DNA of 45,690 bases from Deltaproteobacteria bacterium (lineage in GTDB: Bacteria; Desulfobacterota; Dissulfuribacteria; Dissulfuribacterales; QOAL01). The position numbers and the translations under genes were made by a program. The stretch lies in contig WFZZ01000012.1 of NCBI GenBank assembly GCA_015489315.1, forward strand, positions 1 through 45,690, given 5' to 3'. The notes under the pieces are model-generated. The model saw nothing but the letters and a program-made list of their open reading frames with translations. It did no database searches and had not been told where the DNA came from. Positions 19,311-27,894 of this stretch are shown one piece after another; the stretch's first letter is position 1; each line of letters opens with the position of its first letter.

Positions 19311-19937
19311 TTAGAGACCTTCAAGGTGACAGGTGCAGTTAAGCCTTTTTATCACCTTTGGCCCGTTAGAGAAAGAGAAGATCTCATTTACACAAGAATA
19401 ATCCTGTTGGAGGCTAAAAATCTTTTGAAGGTCCATACCAAGAATTTTTGATATGAGAACCCTGTTTACACCACCATGACAGGCAATTGCCACCCTCTTT
19501 CCATATCTTCCAGAAAAGACATCCTTTAAAATTGGATAGGCCCTTTCGAGAAGATCAGAAAGGCTTTCGCCACCAGGGGGTCTAAAGCTTGAAAGGTTAT
19601 TCATCCTCTCTTTCATCTTGCCGGGATATTCCTCTTCTATCTCATCCCAGCTTAGCCCCTGCCACTTTCCAAAATTTATCTCTCTAAGACTTTCTGACAA
19701 AAAAACTTCACACTCCTTTTGAAAATCCCTGATACATTCTGCCAGATAGGTACATCTTGAAAGATCACTTGATATGATAGAATCAATCCTTGCCTCAGAT
19801 AGCCTTCTAGCCACAAGTTTGCTCTGCTTTTTCCCTCTACCTGACAGAGGGATGTCCTTCTGGCCATAAAAGACCCCTTGTGGAAAATCCACTTCTCCAT
19901 GACGGATTAAAAAAACCTGAACCCCTTCTACCTGCAA
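19311..19937 (-). CDS. cobC: Histidine phosphatase, probable alpha-ribazole phosphatase
   Basis: RHG, SSDL.R, LRE..FG.W.G, GES, HGG; directly downstream of cobS. Confidence 0.75.
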   Translation of the reverse strand: MQVEGVQVFLIRHGEVDFPQGVFYGQKDIPLSGRGKKQSKLVARRLSEARIDSIISSDLSRCTYLAECIRDFQKECEVFLSESLREINFGKWQGLSWDEIEEEYPGKMKERMNNLSSFRPPGGESLSDLLERAYPILKDVFSGRYGKRVAIACHGGVNRVLISKILGMDLQKIFSLQQDYSCVNEIFSFSNGPKVIKRLNCTCHLEGL

Positions 19938-20668
19938 AGATAAGCTCCTGCCATAAGTATTATGGTCTCTGTTATCTCAAGATGGGCACCAAGACAGTCA
20001 CCAGTAACCCCCCCAAAAATTCTTAAAAAAAAACGGGAAGAAAAAAGCGCAAGAAGAATTGATACAGCAAAAAGATAAAGGCCCTTTACTTCCAAAAGAA
20101 ACCACGCTGAAGAAATGGCAGTTAGGGCTGCAAGAAGAAGAGAAGAGCGAGTTTCTTTTCCGCAAAAGGGACTTCCAAGCCCTTCCTTTTCTCTTGCATA
20201 GTGAGAAAGAGAAGAAAGGCAGTTAAGTGACCACCTTGATAGACATGGCGCAATGATAAGATACTGCCAGCCTCCATACTTGACTATCCCGGCAAGGCTT
20301 CCAGCCTTTAGAATCATCTGGCAACTTACGGCAATGGCACCCATGGCACCTGTCCTGCTATCCTTTAAAATCTCAAGGGCCCTTTCCCTAGGTGCCCCGC
20401 TTCCAATGGCATCTGCCACATCACAAAGACCATCTAAGTGAAGACCTCGTGTCATGAAAGCAAGGGCAACTGCCAGGAATCCGCCCTTTAGAACAGGTCC
20501 CCAAATATCATCAACGGCCCATAAAAACCCTGCCAGAATAGAGCCAAGGATTAGGCCAACGAGCGGGAAATAGGAAAGACTTGCACAAAGATCTCTTTTT
20601 TCTACACGAAGCCCAGGAACAATGGAAAATATAGTCAGAAACTGAAGAGCAATTACAAAACCTTTTAT
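19928..20668 (-). CDS. cobS: Cobalamin synthase; inferred ATA start
   Basis: Frame extends 71 codons upstream of the ORF-track ATG 20455 and encodes (M)KGFVIALQFLTI...YFPLVGLILG; then T.GLHLDGL.D..D, KDSR.GA.G, GG.TGD..GA. Total 246 aa. Confidence 0.88.
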   Translation of the reverse strand: MKGFVIALQFLTIFSIVPGLRVEKRDLCASLSYFPLVGLILGSILAGFLWAVDDIWGPVLKGGFLAVALAFMTRGLHLDGLCDVADAIGSGAPRERALEILKDSRTGAMGAIAVSCQMILKAGSLAGIVKYGGWQYLIIAPCLSRWSLNCLSSLSHYAREKEGLGSPFCGKETRSSLLLAALTAISSAWFLLEVKGLYLFAVSILLALFSSRFFLRIFGGVTGDCLGAHLEITETIILMAGAYLCR

Positions 20669-20685
20669 TTCAAAAAACCTCCAGA

Positions 20686-21330
20686 CTAATCATCCCATTC
20701 GGTCTTAATACGTTGAATCACCTTTTCCACAAAAGGAAGCCTTTCAGGAAGACACACACCAAAAAGGGGGGCACCCTGTTCCAATATATCCCCGTTTTTA
20801 AAATAGACCTCATATAACACCCCAGAAGGACCTTCGTAATTTAATGTGGTATCCCTTTTCATAAGAGACATTATGACAATCTCATCGCCTGTCTTAACAG
20901 AAAGGCTCTTGGTCTTTCCCTTTTCAAATTTGGCAGAAATCTCTGGAGTGAAAAAATATCTGGCCCTTTCAGGGGCGGGAAAGATGTGAAGGACCTCTTT
21001 TAATATTCTATTTGTAATTTCCTGTTTATTTAGTCTATGCCTTATAAGCATAAGGGGTTGTCCTGCCTCCACAAACTTTCCATCAAGATCCACTCTTAAG
21101 TCAGTAACTATTCCATCAAACCGGGAGGTAATCCTTTTTGGATTTTTCTCTCTTTCAAGGATGTACAGAAGGGTACCAGGTCTATGAAGCCACTGACCTG
21201 AGGGACCTTTTACAGCCTGGCCTTCCTCTACCTTGAATTTTACAACTCCAGTATGAGGTGCAAGTATCTCATGATCTTCATAGGGATGAGACTTATATTT
21301 TCGTAAAAGATCATTTAGATTTATGCTCAT
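20686..21330 (-). CDS. Biotin carboxyl carrier-like protein with two biotinyl/lipoyl-like domains
   Basis: AP..G....V..G..V pattern, G..VE.GQPL and G..LEQG.PL; SLMKR in domain 2; adjacent to the carboxylase genes. Confidence 0.72.
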   Translation of the reverse strand: MSINLNDLLRKYKSHPYEDHEILAPHTGVVKFKVEEGQAVKGPSGQWLHRPGTLLYILEREKNPKRITSRFDGIVTDLRVDLDGKFVEAGQPLMLIRHRLNKQEITNRILKEVLHIFPAPERARYFFTPEISAKFEKGKTKSLSVKTGDEIVIMSLMKRDTTLNYEGPSGVLYEVYFKNGDILEQGAPLFGVCLPERLPFVEKVIQRIKTEWDD

Positions 21331-21341
21331 TTCCTTTTTGC

Positions 21342-23612
21342 CTATTTATAATACAGATTTGGGCCACCCATTGTCATAAGTGCTTCAAAGAGATTTTTCC
21401 TAAATTCACGCCTGTCCCAAATACCTTGAATATGCCCACGCTTCAGGGCATTTCTAGCCTTATGATAATCCGGTGGCACATCTGTTCCAGTTGTTTCCCT
21501 AATTACTCTAGGGCCTGCAAAACCTATCCTGGAAGATCTGATTCCTACCTGGTAGGGTGAACAGCCCAAAAAGCTCGCCACTGGCCCTGCATAGGAGTTA
21601 TTGTCATAAACCACGATATAAAGGCCGCCACTATCAATATATTCCCTTACGGCAAGGGTACACCTTGGCATTTGTATAACCCCAAGGGTTCCTTCGTGAA
21701 TTCTTATCCCTCCTGTTGTATGGATATAGGCTAGAAAGGGACGCCTTGTTGTCCTAGCTCTATCACAGGCCCGAATGAACTTTTCACCTTCTGCAGAACC
21801 TACAGTTCCACTTCTAAAGTCACTATAAAGCATGGCCACCACAAGTTTTATTCCTAAAACTTCTGCATCAAAGGTAATTATGGCTGATCCCCTTCTGGTC
21901 CGTTCAATGGCCTTTTTAAGCTTTTCATCAAACCCCTTAAAACCAAGGGGATTATCTGAAACTATTTGGGTATTAAATTCCCTAACGGAGCCCTTGTCAA
22001 AAAGGTTTTCCAGATACCATTGGTATTCCAATGGAAAGTGATGGCCACAGGTTGGACAAACGCCACTATATTCTCCGTAAAGATCAGGGACCCAAAGATC
22101 TTTACACCCGTATTTTTCAGCATTTGGGCATGTTACGGTTCTATCTTCATTTGCAAGAGGGCTGATATATTGTTCCCAATCCTGCATAAAGATACTTCGT
22201 CTTAATGGATCCTGTTGAGATGTCTGGGCAGGTTTTTGAGGTGCGGGAAAGACGAAATCATAGGCGGCCCTCATTGATTCTGTTACAGTCTTGAATATCA
22301 CAGAACCTTCACTTGACACCTCTTCCAATATCTTTTGAAGATTTTTTGACTGCTTTCTCAAAAGACCGTATCTGATGTCATAATATTTGTGCCTTGTTGA
22401 CTCCCAAAACCTTGTAAGCCTTTTGGAAAAAGGGCGCTTGAGGACCTTGAAGCCCTTTCCCATTGCCCTATACTTTTTTGATCTAATTTCAAGAAGTCTA
22501 TCCTTTTCTGATTCAGAAAGGGTCCATTTTATGTGAATATCGAATTCATCATTAAATACCTTTTCCTTGTCCTGGCTTTGCCTCCTCAAGGCATAGGCCC
22601 TGAAGGCCCTAAAGCTCTTTGTCTTAAGGACAACTTCATCCGTTGCCCTTACCATTTCATATCTCAACCTTTTGAAAAATTTGAAGTCACTCCTTTTTGC
22701 TCCGAGAGGCGGTTCCTCTACAATTCTGTCAATGGTACCCAATTCAAGATTGTCTTTTGCAGTCATTTTCAACTGCTCTGCACAGTGCTCAACAAGCTTC
22801 CTTGGAACCTTTCCGCCTTCCTTGATCCTTCCTTCAATGGCAGCAGCGCCTTCTGGTGAGATGACTGAATAATATCCCCGTGATGCCATGAGCCTCATAT
22901 CTGCTAAACCTATAGCTTCGGCACCACCAGAGCCCCCTTCTGAAATAAAGGAGATCATGGGCACTCTAAGTTTTGCCATCTCAAAAAGATTTCTTGCTAT
23001 CTGCTGGGCTGCCCCTGGATAATCCTCTATTGGATAGGCACCAGGCGTAAATATGTAAAAATGGATTGGTATGCCCTCCGTCTCTGCAACCTTCATATAC
23101 CTTAAGGCCTTTTCATTCCCCCAGGGCTTTGCGCATCCTCCGTTTCTAAACTCCTCACCCATGCCCTTTTCATGGCCAATTACCATTACCTGATGATAAT
23201 AGAGCCTGTTTTTAACTCTTCTTGTTATAGTTGCCCTAGCAGCAATTACAGCAGGATCAATATTGAACTCTCCATCCCCACCAAGTTCGGTAAAGGAATC
23301 ATAACAATTTTCAAGTATATCCAGGAGAGTGAACCGTTGAACGCTTCTTACAATATTTACTATCTCAATGGGACGAAGCCTTTTAGCCACTTGCCTTTCT
23401 GCAAACTCGATGCGGCCTTCAAGGGAATAAATCTGTTGAAGAAGCTCTCTTTCACTATATTCAAAAAGGTTTGTCCTTAGCTCCTGAACCCTTTCAAAAA
23501 GTTCCTTTAAATTACCCCACTCAAACCCACCCTTTATATCAGCAAGATAGGAAACTCTATCTTGCAGGGTAACCAGATATTTTCCACTGTCTAATATGCT
23601 TTTTTGTTCCAT
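21342..23612 (-). CDS. Acyl-CoA carboxylase carboxyltransferase, AccA-like plus AccD-like fusion
   Basis: N-half TPGAYP, EGGSGGA, YSVISPEGAAAI; C-half Zn ribbon (CP...C...CPTC.HH), G.VG...GEK, GG.R..EG, IGFAGPRVI. Confidence 0.88.
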   Translation of the reverse strand: MEQKSILDSGKYLVTLQDRVSYLADIKGGFEWGNLKELFERVQELRTNLFEYSERELLQQIYSLEGRIEFAERQVAKRLRPIEIVNIVRSVQRFTLLDILENCYDSFTELGGDGEFNIDPAVIAARATITRRVKNRLYYHQVMVIGHEKGMGEEFRNGGCAKPWGNEKALRYMKVAETEGIPIHFYIFTPGAYPIEDYPGAAQQIARNLFEMAKLRVPMISFISEGGSGGAEAIGLADMRLMASRGYYSVISPEGAAAIEGRIKEGGKVPRKLVEHCAEQLKMTAKDNLELGTIDRIVEEPPLGAKRSDFKFFKRLRYEMVRATDEVVLKTKSFRAFRAYALRRQSQDKEKVFNDEFDIHIKWTLSESEKDRLLEIRSKKYRAMGKGFKVLKRPFSKRLTRFWESTRHKYYDIRYGLLRKQSKNLQKILEEVSSEGSVIFKTVTESMRAAYDFVFPAPQKPAQTSQQDPLRRSIFMQDWEQYISPLANEDRTVTCPNAEKYGCKDLWVPDLYGEYSGVCPTCGHHFPLEYQWYLENLFDKGSVREFNTQIVSDNPLGFKGFDEKLKKAIERTRRGSAIITFDAEVLGIKLVVAMLYSDFRSGTVGSAEGEKFIRACDRARTTRRPFLAYIHTTGGIRIHEGTLGVIQMPRCTLAVREYIDSGGLYIVVYDNNSYAGPVASFLGCSPYQVGIRSSRIGFAGPRVIRETTGTDVPPDYHKARNALKRGHIQGIWDRREFRKNLFEALMTMGGPNLYYK

Positions 23613-23647
23613 AAAATTTTTTATATTAACTGCTCAAAAATGAGCAG

Positions 23648-25060
23648 TTAAAATCTCAATACTTCGTCAACCTTTTCATAAAGATATGAAAGATTTGTAA
23701 TTATCCCATTGCCACGGGAATCTTTACCATCAATAATTGTTTCAGAAATGAAATCTTTTGCCCTTTCCTTTGCTTCCTGGGTATCCTTTCCCCATACAAT
23801 CACTAGAGCCAGATTGGGGTCATATTCTGTGGGAATCTCATAAGGCTCATCTTGTGGCACATGGGTATAGACCCTCACCCAAGGTTCATCTGGAAATTCA
23901 AACCTCGTAATGGTTCCACACCAAGGAGCAAAACCCCTTTTTACATCTTCTGCCACAATCCTTAGTTCAATGCTTGTGCCCTCAAAGCTGACATGCCTTT
24001 GAGAAAAGTTAAGTTTTTCGCCAAGTGCACTTCTTATCTGCTCTTTTATTAAGTTAACCGGACCCCTCTGCCGTGATATGCGGGAAATACACGCGGATAT
24101 CTCATTTTCCACCTGAATTCTGGTATTAACCTCAAGAAGATAAGGCTTGCCATCCCTTGTAACTATCCATTCCCAGGTGCCTACATTGTCGTATTCCACT
24201 TTTTCTGCAAGCCTTATAGAATATTTTACCATGTCATCGAGAACCTTTCTGGCATCAAAGGGGTATTCCCAAATGGAAGGGTCAAAACCAGGAGCCACCT
24301 CTACTCTCTTTTGGCGACCCGTGCTCTGAATGGTGCAGTTCCTGGTACCAAAATGGACCACTTCTTTGTGTTGACTGCAAAGAAGCTGAACCTCAAGGTG
24401 GTGATAATCTCTCATACACTGTTCAATGAGAACGCCCTCATCGCCAAATTGTCTCTTTGCATAGTTCTGGATACGCCTATAGACTTGCCGAAAGACATCG
24501 AGGTGATTTACCTCCTCTATTCCCATTCCCCCGCCACCGGCAGAGGCCTTAACAAGAATCGACGGTTTATCAATCCCCTGCTCTTTTTGCTTTAAAAAAA
24601 GTTCCTCAGCCAGTGTCTCTGCCTCGATTTCACTATAAATGGGCTCGTCTGAACCTGGAATAACAGGTATTCCAAGAGACTTCGCAATCCTTTTGGTATT
24701 TATCTTACTTCCCAGGTCCCTTATGACCTCCCATCTTGGACCAATAAAGGTGATAGGTCTATTTCGCAATGCAGCACGCCTTGCGAATCGAAAATCTTCA
24801 GAAAAAAAACCATAGCCGGGATGTATGGCAGTAGCTCCTGAATGATCGGCAACAGAAAAAATCTCATTGGGATCCTTGTAACTTGAAATTCTATAAACCG
24901 CCTGGCTGCCCCTTTCTTTCAGGGCCTTTTTCACATGGCCCGAGGCCCTATCTTCTTTTGTATATACAACCACATAATCAAGGCCCAGCTCATTACACGC
25001 CTTCATTATGCGGATTGCTATCTCTCCTCTATTGGCAATAAGTACCTTTTCTTTTTTCAT
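23648..25060 (-). CDS. accC: Biotin carboxylase
   Basis: LIANRGEIA.RI, IHPGYGF.SE, KA.AGGGG.G, EVNTRIQVE. Confidence 0.9.
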   Translation of the reverse strand: MKKEKVLIANRGEIAIRIMKACNELGLDYVVVYTKEDRASGHVKKALKERGSQAVYRISSYKDPNEIFSVADHSGATAIHPGYGFFSEDFRFARRAALRNRPITFIGPRWEVIRDLGSKINTKRIAKSLGIPVIPGSDEPIYSEIEAETLAEELFLKQKEQGIDKPSILVKASAGGGGMGIEEVNHLDVFRQVYRRIQNYAKRQFGDEGVLIEQCMRDYHHLEVQLLCSQHKEVVHFGTRNCTIQSTGRQKRVEVAPGFDPSIWEYPFDARKVLDDMVKYSIRLAEKVEYDNVGTWEWIVTRDGKPYLLEVNTRIQVENEISACISRISRQRGPVNLIKEQIRSALGEKLNFSQRHVSFEGTSIELRIVAEDVKRGFAPWCGTITRFEFPDEPWVRVYTHVPQDEPYEIPTEYDPNLALVIVWGKDTQEAKERAKDFISETIIDGKDSRGNGIITNLSYLYEKVDEVLRF

Positions 25061-25273
25061 ATACTTTTAAAAAAATAGTGGCAGATTTTTAAATGCTACT
25101 GTATATTTGCTGACTTGCTTGCATATTATCAATTTTGGCAAGCAAACCGCTCAGGATTTTACCTGATAATCCAAAAAAGACAAACCTGATTTTTTTTAAC
25201 TATCAGGTCTTAGTTATGGAAAAACATTCCCTGTGCCCTGGAAGCGTTTACCAGGCGATTATGAAAGGAGGGC

Positions 25274-25717
25274 ATGAAAATGGCTAAGGTCGAATATGGT
25301 TTTGGACAACATCTTATGCTGGATGGTTATGGTTGCGAACGCGAAAAGCTTATGGATCTTAACGGGATATACGACTTTTTAAGCCGGTATCCTGATGAAA
25401 TAAATATGACCAAAATTATGCCCCCTTATGTCTTTAAATATTCGGGTAAAGTGCCTGAAGACTGGGGCATTTCTGGCTTTGTACTAATTGCTGAAAGCCA
25501 CATAAGCATTCACACATTTCCTGATAAGCTCTACTTGAGCCTTGATATCTTTTCCTGCAAGGCCTTCGACGCCGACCTTGCCATTAAACACATAAAGGAT
25601 ATTTTCTCCATCGAAAAGATGGAGGTAAAACTCCTGAGTAGAGGCCATGAATTTCCAAAGGTAATAAGAAGCGTCCAGGAATTTATTAAGGATCAGCGCT
25701 CACATATGACTGTCTAA
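25274..25717 (+). CDS. speD: Pyruvoyl-dependent AdoMet decarboxylase-family proenzyme
   Basis: G.HL..D, G.SG...IAESHISIHTFP (E|S self-cleavage), D.FSC. Start is 25274 or 25280; AAGGAGG RBS. Confidence 0.85.
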   Translation: MKMAKVEYGFGQHLMLDGYGCEREKLMDLNGIYDFLSRYPDEINMTKIMPPYVFKYSGKVPEDWGISGFVLIAESHISIHTFPDKLYLSLDIFSCKAFDADLAIKHIKDIFSIEKMEVKLLSRGHEFPKVIRSVQEFIKDQRSHMTV

Positions 25718-25720
25718 TAA

Positions 25721-26593
25721 ATGGGCCAAGGCTTTTTAGAATCTTCTGCCCAATCATCATTTAAAAAGGCAAATTTCGTAGTTCTGCCGATCCCCTATGA
25801 TATTACTGCAAGCTGGGGCCAGGGCGCACGCCTTGGCCCACAAAGAATTTTTGAGGCCTCTAAGGAGCTTGAACTCTTTGATGAAGAACTCCTGATTGAA
25901 CCCTTTAAAGTTGGTGTTCATACCCTTCCTACCCTTGAACTTTCAATCCTGCCAGAAGCAGCCCAAAAGACAATAAAAGATAGTGTAAGGTTCATATTTG
26001 AAAACCAAAAATGTCCTGTCTCAATTGGTGGAGATCATTCTGTCAGTATCGGCCTTATCGAAGTGGCCAAGGCCTTTTATGAGGATTTGACAGTCATTCA
26101 ATTTGATGCCCATACGGATCTCAGGAAAACCTATCAGGGAACAAGTCTTAGCCATGCATGTGTTATAAGAAGAATATGGGATACAGTAAATGGCCAAGTC
26201 ATCCAGGTTGGCATTCGCTCTTTATCCAAAAATGAATGGGCATTTCTGGAAAAAGAAGGAAAAGAGCCTGTTTGGGCAAGAGATATAAAGACGGATCTAA
26301 AAGGTGCTGTTGCCCTTATTAAATCCGGCATAAAGACCAAACACATTTATATAACTTTGGATGTTGATTGCCTTGACCCATCCATCATGCCCGCTACAGG
26401 CACTCCCGAGCCTGGAGGCCTTTTATGGCATGAGCTTTTGGAGATCTTAAAGGCCCTCTGCCAACAATACAGGGTGATTGGTTTTGATGTGGTTGAGCTT
26501 TCTCCCATACCGGGAATTGTTCACCCGGATTTCCTGGCTGCTCGATTGATCTATAAGATGATAGGATATATTTCACAATTTCGGGATGCGTAA
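25721..26593 (+). CDS. speB: Agmatinase
   Basis: GGDHS, DAHTD, SHA, D.D.LDP, TGTPEPGG ureohydrolase motifs. Confidence 0.9.
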   Translation: MGQGFLESSAQSSFKKANFVVLPIPYDITASWGQGARLGPQRIFEASKELELFDEELLIEPFKVGVHTLPTLELSILPEAAQKTIKDSVRFIFENQKCPVSIGGDHSVSIGLIEVAKAFYEDLTVIQFDAHTDLRKTYQGTSLSHACVIRRIWDTVNGQVIQVGIRSLSKNEWAFLEKEGKEPVWARDIKTDLKGAVALIKSGIKTKHIYITLDVDCLDPSIMPATGTPEPGGLLWHELLEILKALCQQYRVIGFDVVELSPIPGIVHPDFLAARLIYKMIGYISQFRDA

Positions 26594-26933
26594 TTCCATC
26601 AGGCTTATTCTGATATTTATAGTTGTTTTATTGTTTTTTTTACAAGGGACACCTTCTTTAAAGGAAATGAAGACGAATATTCCAACGGCAGATTTGGTCA
26701 TAAAAGGCAGTAAGGATTGTTGAAAGGCCCTTGTAGGCGTAGGCTTACGCTTTAGAGACCCTAAAATCCCAGTTGGCTACAGGATCGAGGTCTTTTTAAG
26801 GCCAGACACCATGCCAAAAATGAAAAAACTCCTTTCTATAGTGGGCGGAAAAATAATTTTTCGTAAAGACCAAAAGGACTTTGTACATCTTGTTATAGAA
26901 AAAACTCCTGTCAAAAAGGAAAATGGTCCTTAA
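26586..26933 (+). CDS. Candidate selenoprotein (115 aa, Sec at codon 46), N-terminal hydrophobic anchor plus TusA/SirA-like domain
   Basis: Continuous frame ATG 26586 to TAA 26933 broken only by TGA 26721-26723 (TGT-TGA); overlaps speB stop and dusB start; SECIS-like hairpin downstream. Missed by ORF track. Confidence 0.72.
26735..26752 (+). promoter_or_regulatory. Putative bacterial SECIS element
   Basis: AGGCGTA-GGCT-TACGCTT: 7-bp stem (one G-U pair) with a G-initiated loop, starting 11 nt after the in-frame UGA. Confidence 0.65.
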
Positions 26934-27894
26934 CATAGGTACGGTAAGTCTGAAAAATCACTGTATTCTAGCACCTCTTGCGGATATTACAGATTACCCC
27001 TTCAGAGAAGTTGTAAGAAGACTTGGGGGTGAGCTCACTTATACTGAAATGATAGCCAGCAAGGCCATTTGCCATAAAAATCCAAAGACCCTGCATATGG
27101 CAAAGCCGGTTTCAGGTGAATATCCATTGACATGTCAAATAGTAGGAAGTGATCCATCTGAAATGGCACAAGCTGCAAAGATTTGTGAAGACCTCGGTGC
27201 TGCAATAATTGATATAAATATGGGCTGTCCTCAAAAAAAAATCGTTAAAACTGGGGCCGGGGCGGCGCTATTGCTAGATATAAAAAGGGCAGAAGATATT
27301 GTTAGTAAGATAAAAAAGGCCGTATCTGTGCCTGTTACATGCAAGACCAGACTAGGTTGGGACAGTAAGTCAATCTGCATTTTAGAATTCTCCCTAAGAC
27401 TTCAGGAAGCCGGAGCCTCAATGATTGCAATTCACGCAAGGACTAAAAAACAGATGTTTTCTGGTGTTGCAAGATGGGACTTAATCAAGCCTGTTACTGA
27501 AAAACTTGAGATCCCTGTAATCGTAAATGGTGATATAAAAGGTCCAGAAGATGCCAAAAGGGCCTTAAAGGAATCAGGGGCTCATGGAGTCATGATTGGG
27601 AGGGCAAGCCTTGGAAGGCCCTGGATAATTGGAAAAATCTCTTATTATCTAAGGGAAGGTAAAAAGAGTGAAGAGCCAAATACCGATGAAAAAAAGAAAA
27701 TAATCGACTTACATCTCTTGCTCTTGCGAAAATTTTATGATGAAAAAAACGCCCTTTTAAAGGCCAAGAAACATCTTTCTTGGTACACCAAAGGCATGAA
27801 ATTTAGCGCCAGTTTTAGAAATAGACTTCAAGCTATTAAAAATTTTAATGAACTTTTAAAATTTAAAGATGAGTTTTTCAAAAGACATAACTAA
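26923..27894 (+). CDS. dusB: tRNA-dihydrouridine synthase
   Basis: LAP....D..FR, DINMGCP, K.R.GW, HAR, NGDI, GVMIGR, KH..WY. Confidence 0.9.
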   Translation: MVLNIGTVSLKNHCILAPLADITDYPFREVVRRLGGELTYTEMIASKAICHKNPKTLHMAKPVSGEYPLTCQIVGSDPSEMAQAAKICEDLGAAIIDINMGCPQKKIVKTGAGAALLLDIKRAEDIVSKIKKAVSVPVTCKTRLGWDSKSICILEFSLRLQEAGASMIAIHARTKKQMFSGVARWDLIKPVTEKLEIPVIVNGDIKGPEDAKRALKESGAHGVMIGRASLGRPWIIGKISYYLREGKKSEEPNTDEKKKIIDLHLLLLRKFYDEKNALLKAKKHLSWYTKGMKFSASFRNRLQAIKNFNELLKFKDEFFKRHN

